From Eledone cirrhosa (lineage: Eukaryota), in the NCBI GenBank assembly GCA_964016885.1, contig OZ024740.1, positions 274,908,001 to 274,972,000 of the forward strand: a stretch of 64,000 nucleotides of DNA. The letters are read 5' to 3'. Both the position numbers and the translations under genes were made by a program. This document shows, piece by piece, positions 27,380 through 41,569 of this stretch. The notes under the pieces are model-generated. The model did no database searches and was not told the origin of the DNA. It worked only from the letters and a program-made list of their open reading frames with translations. Numbering within the stretch: position 1 is the stretch's first letter; every line of letters starts with the position of its first letter.

Positions 27380-27770
27380 CAAAAATCGGAATTAAGAGTA
27401 TTCCGCAGTTCACTGTAATAATAATAATAATAGTATTATTAGCTCAAAGAAGAATAGAGAATTTCCTTCCGAGCTCAAATGCAAGTATATATTACACAAA
27501 GAGAAATGTGTTACACAGTGAGAAGTGTGTAAAGAATTATTACAAGTGATTTTACCGTTACTGTATAGGGAACAATATCTACAGGTAAGCAATTAAATAG
27601 AAAAAAACCAGATCAGAATCAAATCTCTGGATTGGAATTTTAAATCACAAACTTTCTATTTAATTGCTTACCTGTAGATATTGTTCCCTATACAGTAACG
27701 GTAAAATCACTTGTAATAATTCTTTACACACTTCTCACTGTGTAACACATTTCTCTTTGTGTAATATATA

Positions 27771-27773
<3 letters not shown>
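27380..27773. repeat. (TA)n-flanked element with ~121-bp apparently perfect inverted arms
   Basis: Arms 27483-27603 and 27653-27773 around a ~49-bp spacer. No HHR core seen. Confidence 0.85.
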
Positions 27774-27815
<42 letters not shown>

Positions 27816-27817
<2 letters not shown>

Positions 27818-28587
27818 CCATGTTGCTTGTTTATTCCCATCTTTGCGTTGCTTTCATCCTTCTATGTTGTTTACTTGTCTCACTCGCTTTACGCGATTTA
27901 CTTGTCCCAATAGCTTTTTTTAGTTATTGCTCGCACCAACCTCAGGTATATGATTTTTAATGCGATGAAATATCAATGATGGTTGGCAAATCACTGACGA
28001 AGGACTAATTTTATCATATGTAATTCATGTGCAACCACGCAGTATTCTTCTTTCTTCTCATGTTTTTTATATATATTTACCTCGGCTGCGTTTGTCTGTT
28101 TCTCTCTTACTGCTTCCCCGTTCTCTCTGTTGCTCTCATCTTCTTTCGCCCCCTCTGTCAGTTACACTTTCTCTCGACTGACCTCTTCCTCGCACTTCCA
28201 CTCACTCACTCTCTGTGTCTCCCCTTCTCACTTCCTCCCGTGTGGCTAGTAGTGGGTTCTCTTCTTGCTCACATCTCACTCACGTCGGACGGTCTGTATC
28301 TTGATCGCTCATGAAATCCACCCAGTTTATGCTGACCGGATAACCATGTTGCTTGTTTATTCCCATCTTTGCGTTGCTTTCATCCTTCTATGTTGTTTAC
28401 TTGTCTCACTCGCTTTACGCGATTTACTTGTCCCAATAGCTTTTTTTAGTTATTGCTAACACCAACCTGAGGTATATGATTTTTAATGCGATGAAATATC
28501 AATGATGGTTGGCAAATCACTGACGAAGGACTAATTTTATCATATCTAACCCATGTGCAACCACGCAGTATTCTTCTTTCTTCTCAT

Positions 28588-28591
<4 letters not shown>
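27816..28591 (+). mobile_element. Family B partial tandem (526-bp unit, ~1.5 copies) with two permuted HHR motifs
   Basis: Motifs at 27932-28001 and 28458-28527; predicted cleavage after 27950 and 28476. Nearly identical to 19228-19898. Confidence 0.85.
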
Positions 28592-28631
<40 letters not shown>

Positions 28632-28709
28632 ACAAAGAGCAATTAAGCATTCATATACCCTCTCCCATACATTTCTTTCCCTCAGTCCCTTCTGTCTCTC
28701 TCTCTATCA

Positions 28710-28740
<31 letters not shown>

Positions 28741-29121
28741 TCCCTCTCTCTCTCAGTGCGTGTGTGTGTGTAGTATGCGGGTTCATGTCTATGTATGTGT
28801 ACATATAGCAAAATAATTTTGTGTGGGCGGAATGTTTACATCAGCCCACGTCCAATAATTTACAGACAATTACGCTGAAACTGACACTCAAATAAACTTA
28901 ATTATATATAAATAGATGAACTCTCTCTCTCTCTCTCTCTCTCCCTCTCTCTCCCTCTCTCTCTCTCTCTCTCGTTCTCTCTCTCCTTCTATCTGTTTCT
29001 CTCTCTCTCCTTCTATCTGTTTCTATCCCCCCCCACACACACATGCATACTCGCATACACTCACAGTGATGCAAAGTACACACACATACATACACACGCA
29101 CAAACACACACACAGACACAG

Positions 29122-29189
<68 letters not shown>

Positions 29190-29460
29190 TTTTCTACTCT
29201 TCCAACACATCCACTCGTACTTACAAGGAAGTCAACACTTTGACTGCCTTGTATGTATTTTAATGAAATGCTTTACAATCACCAACTACGAGACTTGACT
29301 GGTATTCTCTCATTCTTCACCTACTCTCGTGTCCCAACTATGAGAGGCTGGTGGAATAGGCCGGGGCGTGGAAAATTAATAATTTGTATAGACTGTCTCC
29401 CTTGATTTAAAAAAACAACAACAGAATTAGCCGTTTGGTTTACATATTGAAACCCTAAAC

Positions 29461-29750
29461 CAGGCATGGGCAACTTTTTCGAGAATTGAGCCGTATGAGA
29501 TATGGCACATCATCAGGCGGGCCGCAAGCGCTAATTTACATTCGTCCCCTCATTAAAAAAAGGGATGGTAACTCAAGCTGTTTTGATTTGTTTCTTCAGA
29601 ATTCGTATACGTTGTTTTCCTCGATCGTAAAAATGATAGAAAAATAAATTACAACTGAAAAGTTGGGGTAAAGAAATCAGAAAGATTTCACTTAGGTAAC
29701 TTAGGCGAGCCATTCAGAAAGCTTCACGGACCGCAGGTTGCCCATGACAG
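29461..29750. mobile_element. hAT MITE
   Basis: TIRs CAGGCATGGGCAAC / GTTGCCCATGACAG with an 8-bp TSD CCCTAAAC. The host repeat is uninterrupted at ~25980-26250. Confidence 0.85.
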
Positions 29751-30022
29751 CCCTAAACCATCCTATTTATTTTATATCACATGAGATTTCTCGTAATGTT
29801 CTCATTTTGATATGTATAATGTTTTTTTAATGTCTAAAAAAAATAAATTGTCGCAGGAATGCTACTACTTAAAATAAAATTTCGCCGGAGATAAATTAGC
29901 AAAATTTAATAAACGGGGTTGAGGGCGGAATAAGATCGGAAGGTGGAAAGGTCTGAAAAATTAATAAGCTAGGCGGGGGAGGAGAGCGGCGAATATTCGA
30001 GACTCGTGAGTACCTATTATTC

Positions 30023-30190
30023 GGATTGGCAGTATCGGTAGAGGGTCTGACGTCATGCTTTGTAGCATAGAGTTAGGCCCTTTTATGGTATGAGTTCAAA
30101 TCCCACCGAGGTTAATTTGCCTTTCATCCTCACAAGGTCGATAAAATAAAGCACCAGTAATGCACTGGGATAATTGCAAAAGTAGAAACA
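30023..30190 (+). mobile_element. tRNA-derived SINE
   Basis: GGATTGGCAGTATCGGTAGAG head, GAGTTCAAATCC B-box, core and tail. Confidence 0.8.
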
Positions 30191-30562
30191 ATTATTCATA
30201 CAATTGAGTGTGAATACAAATCTGTTGATTGGAAGATTATGTCTCAAAACCTGTTGTTTACATACTACAAGTCCTCTTTAAAGGTTGTTATATATTAATG
30301 GCGAGATTTAAAAAAATTAATAAATCACACAAAATTAGAAAATATATATAACAATGGTGGAGAGAAATATACTGCATTAAATCGTGGAATTGTTTACGTA
30401 TTTTGTAAAATAGATTTCTGGTTGCAAGGATCTTTATAAGCTTTATGTCGTTTTATATTGTATTTTTAAATACTATCAAACACTCACACACACACACACA
30501 TACACATATATATATAAGTGTGTGTGTATATATATATATTTATATGTATGTATATATATATG

Positions 30563-30623
<61 letters not shown>

Positions 30624-30624
30624 A

Positions 30625-30687
<63 letters not shown>

Positions 30688-30714
30688 GTATGTATGTATA
30701 TATATATGTATGTG

Positions 30715-30817
<103 letters not shown>

Positions 30818-30986
30818 CTGCCTGTACCATTGCATTTAGCTGTAGTGCTGAATAACAACCCCACTATGCACTCTCTCAATACTCGCCTTTTCCGATCTCC
30901 CTCTTGTTGCCCTCTATTGTATTTCTAATGTTCATGTGACGAAGCTCGGTAGAGCCTATACTCAGCATTGTAATTTTGTTTTTAAA

Positions 30987-31031
30987 GCTCTGATGATTCC
31001 TGCCCAATGGTATTGATGAAACATTGTTAGC
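30987..31031 (+). ncRNA. Minimal type I HHR-like motif in (TA)n-flanked element ~30815-31075
   Basis: GCU-CUGAUGA-...-GAAAC AUU GUU^AGC; stem II is imperfect. Confidence 0.55.
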
Positions 31032-31097
31032 AAATAAAAATTGTATGAGTATGTAGGCGTTCTTTGATTTCTTTTACATATATATATGTAAAATAAA

Positions 31098-32057
31098 TCT
31101 ACTGAGGAACGATTCTAACCGTGACCATTCCCACCGAAAAGTTTCGTGAAATAGTCTTTTTAAGACTATATAGAGCATTTGTAGTTTTTCCAAATTGAAG
31201 GATGAGTATTTAAACTTTATTTTATTCTGAGTTAAGACTCTATTGGTTTTTGCCATGGATTTCACAAAATCTCTGGATAAAATCTCTGTCTTGATTCTTT
31301 TTTAATTGAGTTTGAATTATTTTCCCACATCTTACGTTAATTATTTTCCATTTTGACGTTATAGTCACTTATATATTATGAAATGCTGTTGGCTTTTTGC
31401 TCACATTAATTTCTATATTTTCATTTATATTTATACTCGGAATTTTTCCTAGAGTGCTTAAAATTATTTGTGACTAATCCCGGTCTTTTTTTTTTTAAAC
31501 CGCGATTATATTGCTTTTTTGCTGAACTCCTTATATTCTGTAGAGTTTTTTCGGAATGTTTTTGACTGCTGTTTCTTGTAAATAGACATTCGTCTCATTC
31601 TTACGTCACCAGCCATGTCTCTCCATGTGTGTTTATTTTTCATAATTCTGTACGAGGTGAATTAGCCTGCTTTTAAATTCCCTTTTTGGCATATTTTGGC
31701 AGTGATGTTTAGGGTTATCGTGTTTGAGCTCTACTGAGGAACGACTACAACCGTGACCATTCACACTGAAAAGTTTCGTGAAATAGTCTTTTTAAGACTA
31801 TATAGAGCATTTGTAGTTTTTCCAAATTGAAGGATGAGTATTTAAACTTTATTTTATTCTGAGTTAAGACTCTATTGGTTTTTTCCCTGGATTTCACAAA
31901 ATCTGTGGATAAAATCTGCCTTGATTTTTTTTTAAATTGAGTTTGAATTATTTTCCCACATCTTACGTTAATTATTTTCCATTTTGACGTTATAGTCACT
32001 TATATATTATGAAATACTGTTGGCTTTTTGCTCACATTGATTCTATATTTTAATTTA
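31098..32057 (+). mobile_element. Partial tandem (632-bp unit, ~1.5 copies) with two type I HHRs
   Basis: CTGAGGA at 31102 and 31734. Full HHR at 31728-31808: GCUCUA-CUGAGGA-ACGA...UCGU-GAAA UAGUCUU uuu AAGACUA UA^UAGAGC. Predicted cleavage after 31170 and 31802. Confidence 0.85.
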
Positions 32058-32271
32058 TATATATATATATTTTGAATTTTGAAATTTAAACTTGTCTAGG
32101 CACCAGGCAGTTGCCATTTTACGCCTGTAAGTATAGATTTAATATTTAATATTTTCTAGATCGATACAGGCGGACTATATGTACTGGAATTAAAGTATTT
32201 CTATCTGGCTAAAAAATTATTGTCATTTTGCAAAAAAAACACATTAGTGTTGATCATATTTTTTTTAATTG

Positions 32272-32385
<114 letters not shown>

Positions 32386-32615
32386 ATATATTTCCAAGAG
32401 ATGTCAACATGAATGGACCTGTTATTTTTATCTAAAGACTTTTTTTCCAATTTCTACCCGCTCGTCCCTTCAATCTATCTTATTTCTCATTCTTTCTTCT
32501 GGTTAAGGACCGAAACGTTAAGACCCTCTTCCTGTTATATCAAGAGTTAACCTAATATATTACTTTCATATACTGTACCCATTGTGTTATTTCTGTTTAC
32601 CTTTAACATACAAAC

Positions 32616-32674
<59 letters not shown>

Positions 32675-32825
32675 TATATATACTAGTGTCCTAAACTCTA
32701 AGACTCTTTTCTTACTATATCAAACGTATATCTAATCTTTCTTCGTTGTACTGTGTCATTTGTTCTGTTATTTCTGTTTTCTATTTGAACACACACACAC
32801 ACATACACACACATACATACATACA

Positions 32826-32857
<32 letters not shown>

Positions 32858-32865
32858 AATATATA

Positions 32866-33430
32866 TGATGGCTCCCCCCTCGTTATCGAGTATGGCCATT
32901 GCGCGATATAACATTATTGATAATTACTAATTAATGCTATTGTACAATGCCTGTGCGTGAACATTTTTTTAAAGTGAGGAAAGACAGCACACTGAGCCAA
33001 TCCCACTCTCTGAGCGACAGTAGCTCTAATCCGAAAAGAAGAAAAGATCAACATCATCGGTAACTACTGAGCCGCAGGCTTTATATCGGAGTTATCCCAG
33101 TTTCCTGAGTTGCCTTCTGTTAGAAGAATGCCCTGACAAAGGCTAGGGGTCCTTCACTCGCAGTGGTTTAACCGTGCGATCGGATATCCAACCCGATTAT
33201 TTCTATGTCCCCGCGCATATGCATACATATGCATACACATATATACATACATACATATATACACATGTACATACATATTTACACATTTTTGGATGGCCGT
33301 TGACACTTATGAGTTCTTCCGCCCTTTGTCAGGGTTTGTATTTTGTCCTACGATTTTGTCGCCGACGACCCGACCATGTGACAGGTTGAACTGGGTTACA
33401 TGTTACCAGAAGCACTCAAGAATGACCCGA
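32866..33430 (-). mobile_element. Family E-related RTE-derived element whose tail is nearly identical to the RTE tail at 2042-2080
   Basis: ATGGCT(C)nTCGTTATCGAGTATGGCCATTGC at ~32867-32902; body resembles family E; a 5' fragment lies at 33288-33430. Confidence 0.75.
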
Positions 33431-33507
33431 CATATAAATATGCATACATACATACATTGGCACACACATATACACATAGACACACCAGCGTGCATAGACA
33501 CACACAT

Positions 33508-33545
<38 letters not shown>

Positions 33546-33651
33546 GGATATGTGTTCCTTCACGCACAAGGCGCTAAGGTACGCATGTATTGCCCAACCA
33601 AATGCCAGTGTGGTTCAATGGCAGGTTAATAAATTAACGAGCCAGAACAAA

Positions 33652-33919
<268 letters not shown>

Positions 33920-33959
33920 GTATATATATATATTTATATATATATTTATATATATATAT

Positions 33960-34032
<73 letters not shown>

Positions 34033-34103
34033 GTTCATACAAACATGGATTACTTAAACGCAAGAAATAGTTGTTAAAACAGTCGAAGGTCGTTAATAAT
34101 TGT

Positions 34104-34272
34104 TCCTACTTTTGGCACAAGGCTACCAATTATCCAGTGCATTACTGGTACTTTATTTTATCGACCCTGTAAGGATGAAAGGCAAAGTTAACCTCGGCAC
34201 GATTTGAATTCAGAATGGCAACTCTATGCGTCAAAACATGGCGTCCGACACTCTACCGATACTGCCAATCCA
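34104..34272 (-). mobile_element. tRNA-derived SINE
   Basis: Same family core, head and tail. Confidence 0.8.
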
Positions 34273-34732
34273 CTAATAACAGCATAGAAGTGGGATGGGT
34301 GAACATTATAGCTGATTAAGACAGTTTGAGTCTGTTGAGTCTGAGTCTGTTGAGTCTGTTGGCATATAGGAATGAGAAAGAATTAAGAATAAAAGGATAA
34401 TAATTGGATACCAAACTTACAAACGAATGAGGATCAAAGTTACAAAAGTTACAATTTCAAAGCACAGCCATATTACAGCTTCATAAGCTTTCACCTCGTC
34501 ACGTAGTTTCGCACGAGAAAGAGAAGACTATATATTTTGAGTCAGCTCTTGGGTACGAAATAAACATGTGTGTAATGGCAACAAAACATAACAGAAAAGA
34601 CCAACAAACAAACGAAAATATGCTAAAGGTGATATGGTTTTTGCATATGAAACATTGGCTGAAGACACTTATTTATTTGATCGAAGCTTAAAACATTCAT
34701 AGTGAGACTCTATTCAGTATCTGGTCTTTATA

Positions 34733-35370
34733 CTAGATGTGAACGATGGGACCTCTGACACTACACAATGGCGTCATGTTTGGGGGGGGGGGGAGATCCA
34801 GCACCCAATGCCAAAGATTGATGCTAGTCCTTCCAGGATCTTCCATATATATATATATCTCTCGTAATTGTTCCAGAGCGTAGTGCTTTATTTCTTTCAC
34901 TCTTTCCCAGTAGTTCATCTTCATTGAGGCAATTTTCTGGATGAGGCTTCGTGGGATTGATTTAAGTTTTGCTGTTAGTTTGACACTGCGGGATGACCAC
35001 AGCTGAAACCAATAATCCTGTCGGCTGAAAACAAATGTCCTCCAAAGACAAACAAGATTTTCTGGTCCCTTGCCCGGAACGTCCTCAGAATCCACCCAGT
35101 CAATCTTCAACATATTGCCACCATTTTGGTGATGTGTGCATGAAACGATGCATCATTGCTCATGTCAACACCCAGATCCCGTATTGGATTTGATTCCTCC
35201 TAGTCCTGGGTAGCTTGGTTGTGGTGCCTTTGTATATGCAGTTTTCCAGCATTAGACTTCATATATTTGTCTTCAACCCATTTGCATATGGTATCCAAAT
35301 ACTCTTGTAAGAGAGTAGTAGCAGCCGGAGTTTTCATGCCTGTGCTAGTCCCATGTCATCAACATATATG
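34733..35370 (-). pseudogene. Degraded CR1/L2-group LINE RT C-terminal fragment
   Basis: YVDDM (YADD equivalent), DLGVDMSNDASFHAHI, WRTFVFSRQDYWFQLWS, NYWERVKEIKHYALEQLRE; several stops and frameshifts. Confidence 0.75.
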
Positions 35371-35394
35371 TTTATATATATATATATATATATA

Positions 35395-37333
35395 TAAGCG
35401 TATTGCTGCTCTCATTTTTAAGGGTGAAGACTTTAATAATTTTCCATCAAAAATGACTAATTTTCTGAGAAAAATGACTTGTTTTCCAACAAAATGAACA
35501 AAAATACATAAGCGTATTGCTGCTCTCTTTTTTATAGGTGAAAACTTTAATAATTTTCCAACAAAAATGACTAATTTTCTGAGAAAAATGACTTGTTTTC
35601 CAACAAAATGAACAAAAATACATAAGCGTATTGCTGCTCTCTTTTTTATAGGTGAAAACTTTAATAATTTTCCAACAAAAATGACTAATTTTCTGAGAAA
35701 AATGACTTGTTTTCCAACAAAATGAACAAAAATACATAAGCGTATTGCTGCTCTCTTTTTTATAGGTGAAAACTTTAATAATTTTCCAACAAAAATGACT
35801 AATTTTCTGAGAAAAATGACTTGTTTTCCAACAAAATGAACAAAAATACATAAGCGTATTGCTGCTCTCTTTTTTATAGGTGAAAACTTTAATAATTTTC
35901 CAACAAAAATGACTAATTTTCTGAGAAAAATGACTTGTTTTCCAACAAAATGAACAAAAATACATAAGCGTATTGCTGCTCTCTTTTTTATAGGTGAAAA
36001 CTTTAATAATTTTTCAACAAAAATGACTAATTTTCTGAGAAAAATGACTTGTTTTCCAACAAAATGAACAAAAATACATAAGCGTATTGCTGCTCTCTTT
36101 TTTATAGGTGAAAACTTTAATAATTTTCCAACAAAAATGACTAATTTTCTGAGAAAAATGACTTGTTTTCCAACAAAATGAACAAAAATACATAAGCGTA
36201 TTGTTGCTCTCTTTTTTATAGGTGAAAACTTTAATAATTTTCCAACAAAAATGACTAATTTTCTGAGAAAAATGACTTGTTTTCCAACAAAATGAACAAA
36301 AATACATAAGCGTATTGCTGCTCTCTTTTTTATAGGTGAAAACTTTAATAATTTTCCAACAAAAATGACTAATTTTCTGAGAAAAATGACTTGTTTTCCA
36401 ACAAAATGAACAAAAATACATAAGCGTATTGCTGCTCTCTTTTTTATAGGTGAAAACTTTAATAATTTTCCAACAAAAATGACTAATTTTCTGAGAAAAA
36501 TGACTTGTTTTCCAACAAAATGAACAAAAATACATAAGCGTATTGCTGCTCTCTTTTTTATAGGTGAAAACTTTAATAATTTTCCAACAAAAATGACTAA
36601 TTTTCTGAGAAAAATGACTTGTTTTCCAACAAAATGAACAAAAATACATAAGCGTATTGCTGCTCTCTTTTTTATAGGTGAAAACTTTAATAATTTTCCA
36701 ACAAAAATGACTAATTTTCTGAGAAAAATGACTTGTTTTCCAACAAAATGAACAAAAATACATAAGCGTATTGCTGCTCTCTTTTTTATAGGTGAAAACT
36801 TTAATAATTTTCCAACAAAAATGACTAATTTTCTGAGAAAAATGACTTGTTTTCCAACAAAATGAACAAAAATACATAAGCGTATTGCTGCTCTCTTTTT
36901 TATAGGTGAAAACTTTAATAATTTTCCAACAAAAATGACTAATTTTCTGAGAAAAATGACTTGTTTTCCAACAAAATGAACAAAAATACATAAGCGTATT
37001 GCTGCTCTCTTTTTTATAGGTGAAAACTTTAATAATTTTCCAACAAAAATGACTAATTTTCTGAGAAAAATGACTTGTTTTCCAACAAAATGAACAAAAA
37101 TACATAAGCGTATTGCTGCTCTCTTTTTTATAGGTGAAAACTTTAATAATTTTCCAACAAAAATGACTAATTTTCTGAGAAAAATGACTTGTTTTCCAAC
37201 AAAATGAACAAAAATACATAAGCGTATTGCTGCTCTCTTTTTTATAGGTGAAAACTTTAATAATTTTCCAACAAAAATGACTAATCTTCTGAGAAAAATG
37301 ACTTGTTATCCAACAAAATAAACAAAATTTTCC
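35395..37333. repeat. 114-bp tandem repeat, ~17 near-identical copies
   Basis: TAAGCGTATTGCTGCTCTC recurs every 114 bp from 35395; only a few substitutions (e.g. 36014, 36204, and the terminal copies). Confidence 0.95.
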
Positions 37334-37418
37334 GACAACAATTTTTGAGGGGCGCAGTTTCACTCTCATGTGCTCAACGCAATACTCCGCTGTATATATA
37401 TATAAACATACATATGTT

Positions 37419-37493
<75 letters not shown>

Positions 37494-37627
37494 GGAAAAG
37501 AAATTGAAAATATTTATTTACTTTACCGGTTTCACAGTTCTTATGATTTCCAAAGATAAAATTTAGATGGAGGATTTGTCTTTCTGTTTACTTTTCGCAT
37601 ATATATAAATATATATACATATATATA

Positions 37628-37698
<71 letters not shown>

Positions 37699-37936
37699 TT
37701 CGCCAAAATGGCTGACTGAATGCACGTAGTTTTTCAGAAAATTGTTTCCTTCTCTCCTCTATCTATTTCATCTTTTATTCCTCATTCTATCTTCTTATGA
37801 AGGACTAGTGTCCCTAATGTTACGACTCCATTCCTACTTTATCTATCAAGCATTAAACTAATATATTTCTTCATTGTATGGGTTGTTTTTTTTTTATTTC
37901 TGCTATTTCTGTTTACTTTTTGCATATATATATATA

Positions 37937-38034
37937 TAGGGTGGTCCAAAAATGCATACATACTTCAACAGCATTCTAATAAATATTGCATGTGCCGGTC
38001 ATCAAAGTGTGTATACATTTCATGGGACACCTTG
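37937..38034. mobile_element. Small Tc1/mariner-like MITE
   Basis: TA|(T)AGGGTGGTCCA..AATGCATACA / TGTATACATTTCATGGGACACCTTG|TA; imperfect TIRs. Confidence 0.55.
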
Positions 38035-38135
38035 TATATATATATATATATGAGTGTCTGTGTGTGTGTTTATGTGTGGGAGTGGGAGTGTGCCCGTATG
38101 TGTGTATGTGAGTGGGCATGTGTGTGTGCGTGCGC

Positions 38136-38183
<48 letters not shown>

Positions 38184-38326
38184 GCGTGTGTGTGTGTGCG
38201 TGTGTGGGTGTGTGTGTGTGTGCGCGTGTGTGTGTGTGTGTGTGCGTGTGTGTGTGTGTGCGTGTGTGTGTGTGTGCGTGTGTGTGTGTGTGTGCGTGTG
38301 TGTGTGTGTGTGCGTGTGTGTGTGTG

Positions 38327-38367
<41 letters not shown>

Positions 38368-38777
38368 CACATCACCCTTAATCATTGTTTATTCGTTTAG
38401 TTAGTGATGGGAGGGGAGGTCATTCGTTTAAAGTCATCCTTTATTCACGAATGCATGTTTATATATGATATGTTTCATATTTGTTTTCTTTATATATATA
38501 TATACCTTGTTCTTTTTTTCCTGCTGCCAATTGCTATTTATAAACTGCTCAATTTTTAACGAACAACTAGTTGAGAGTTCTTAAAAATAGAAAGCGTGCG
38601 ATGATGTTTAAGAATTATTAGCACAATCGGACGGAGTCGTCCTAAGAGAATAATGTTTAATACAATACTTAAAAGAAATTTTGCAGCTGTAGCAATTTTA
38701 CGCATTCATGTCTATCTACAATTATGGAAGAAAAAAAAAAGCCCCCCGCACACATATATTCAAAAAAATGTTATATA

Positions 38778-38815
<38 letters not shown>

Positions 38816-39018
38816 TGGGTGTGTGTGTGTGTGTTTATGTGTGTGTGAGAGAGACTTTCAGGAGTTATTAGATATATTGGACTTTGAATATGTGTCTTGT
38901 GTATATATACACATATTTACGTGTATGCATAAAAGTTATATACGCAATACATTTTTGTGTATGTATATATATTTACATATATGTATATATGTGTATTAAT
39001 ATTTGTGTGTATGCGTGT

Positions 39019-39055
<37 letters not shown>

Positions 39056-39067
39056 CATATACACATA

Positions 39068-39126
<59 letters not shown>

Positions 39127-39217
39127 GCATATACATACATAAATATATATACATACACACACATATCTATCGCTCTCTCTCTATCTATCTCTCTCTCTAT
39201 ATATATATATATATCAA

Positions 39218-39362
<145 letters not shown>

Positions 39363-39466
39363 ATATATATGTGTGTATATATATATATACATATATACAT
39401 ACATATATATTCATGCACACACACGCACACACACATATATATATAAGTATATACATATACGTGTGT

Positions 39467-39521
<55 letters not shown>

Positions 39522-40094
39522 CATACATAAAGAAAATTTTTGGAATTTTGAGAAGTTCTAAATCTTTTAATTCAACCTTGTATCCTTTATTTTTTTTCCT
39601 ATTTAATTTAATTTGAAGTTTTCCAAGGAAACTAACGTGTACACATAACCAACCAATAAGATTGCGTATATTGCGTATACATATTTTTTTGGCAATATTA
39701 TTATATGTATACATATGTGCTTCAATGTATCAAATACTTGTGTGTGTGTGTCTGTTTTCTGTTTGTACATGTATATATAGACATTATGATATCATATATA
39801 TATGTGTGTGTTAGTGTGTGTGTGTGTGTGAGTGTTTGTGTGTGTGTATTGTGTGTGTCTGTGCGTGTGCACGTATTAATGGATGTCTACAGGTAAGTAT
39901 TATGTATGTATGTATGTATGTATGTATGTATGTATGTATGTATGTATGTATGGGTATTTTACTGCAGGCATTGATATAATCAAATCCAAACTCACACACA
40001 TACACACATACGTAAATACATACACACACACATACATGCATATACACACTCATACATACATATACATACATATACACACTCATACATACATACA

Positions 40095-40126
<32 letters not shown>

Positions 40127-40423
40127 CACAGTCATACATACATACATACTTACATATATACCGGCACAACCAAAAATATTGAAAATATATAACCGTTATT
40201 TAGTTCTATAGTATTCCCAAAACTCCTTGCATTATTTCTTATCTCTCTACAATCTCTCTTACCACACACACACGCACACACACGCACACACACATATACA
40301 CACACACATACATATATACATGTACATAGGTATATATAAATATATATATTATATATATATTTATATATATATGTATGTGTGTGTATGTGTGTGTAATATA
40401 TATATTACATATATGTGTATATG

Positions 40424-40462
<39 letters not shown>

Positions 40463-40709
40463 GAGGGGAGAGAAAGAGATAGAAAGAGAGAGAGGGGGAG
40501 AAAGAGAGAGAGGTGAGAAAGAGAGAGAGAAAGAGAGGGGGGGAAAGAGGGAGAGAAAGAGAGAGAGAGAATGAGAGAAAGCGAGAGAGAGAGTAAGGGG
40601 TTAACAGAACAGGAGTGTGCGATCACCTGCTGGTCTGTTGGTTGTGAAGCAGAAAAAAAGAAGCGCTCAACGACCTGTCTAAACAGTACAAGACGGAGCA
40701 TTATATATT

Positions 40710-40894
40710 TGTTTCTACTTTAGTTACAAGGCCAGCAAATACCCAGTTCATTACTGGTACTTTATTTTATCGACCCCGTAAGGATGAAAGGCAAAGTCAA
40801 CCTCGGCGGGATTTGAACTCAGATCGTAAAGGGACGTAACTATGCTGGAAAGCATGGCGTCCGACCCTCTACCGATACTGCCAATCCACCGCCT
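40710..40894 (-). mobile_element. Full-length tRNA-derived SINE with 14-bp TSD
   Basis: GAGCATTATATATT is duplicated at 40696-40709 and 40895-40908. The core resembles the Nin/Deu-domain GCCTTTCATCCTT..GGTCGATAAAAT..GTACCAG. Confidence 0.9.
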
Positions 40895-41108
40895 GAGCAT
40901 TATATATTAATAAAAGATCGGTGGTCATATTCAGTTGATTCGGGTTTATTGTATGATGATACAAGGACCAGTCGTCGAAGAGACAACACCATGCGTTCAG
41001 CCGGCCTCCTGTATCTTGAAAAGAAAATCTTTTTTTCGGGGAAATTGTTAGATTGTTTCCTAATTTAAAGGTTTCTTTGGAACATCCTAATGATTATTTT
41101 AGGTTTTG

Positions 41109-41166
41109 CCGTCTGAAGAGCTCAGGCTATCTTAACCGATAGTCCTCAGTGAAATATGTATAACGG
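41109..41166 (+). ncRNA. Type I HHR motif
   Basis: CCGU-CUGAAGA-GCU cagGCUAUC uuaacc GAUAGU ccuc AGU-GAAA UAUGUA UA^ACGG. Confidence 0.7.
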
Positions 41167-41569
41167 AGTTTCAAATAAACGTGAATCAACTGAATATGGC
41201 CTCCGATCTTATATATATTTTCGTCTGCGACTTCACAAAACTTATGTTTACCAAATTCGTAGACCAGACCCCTTTATCTTCTTCTTCTTCTTCTTCTTCT
41301 TCTTCTTCTTCTTCTTCTTCTTCTTCTTCTTCTTCTTCTTCTTCTCTCCTTTTTCCCCCCTGTCAGACTTGTGCGAAATTCTTTCCTTGCTCACATTTCA
41401 ACCAGGTTTGATGGTCTTTTGTCTCTTGTTCACGATTTCACCGAGTTTATATTCATAGAGATCTGGGACTTGTCTATTTCTTCTCACTTTCCGTTGCTTA
41501 AACCTTTTTGTTTGTTACCCTGGCGTCCCCTTTGTTTACGTGTCCCAACGACTTTTTTTAGCCGTTGTT

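Noticed and set aside
36014-37369. 451-aa and 172-aa ORFs of 38-aa repeats
   Set aside because: They arise because the 114-bp unit is divisible by 3 and lacks a stop in one frame; a point change creates a stop, and there is no protein similarity or gene structure.
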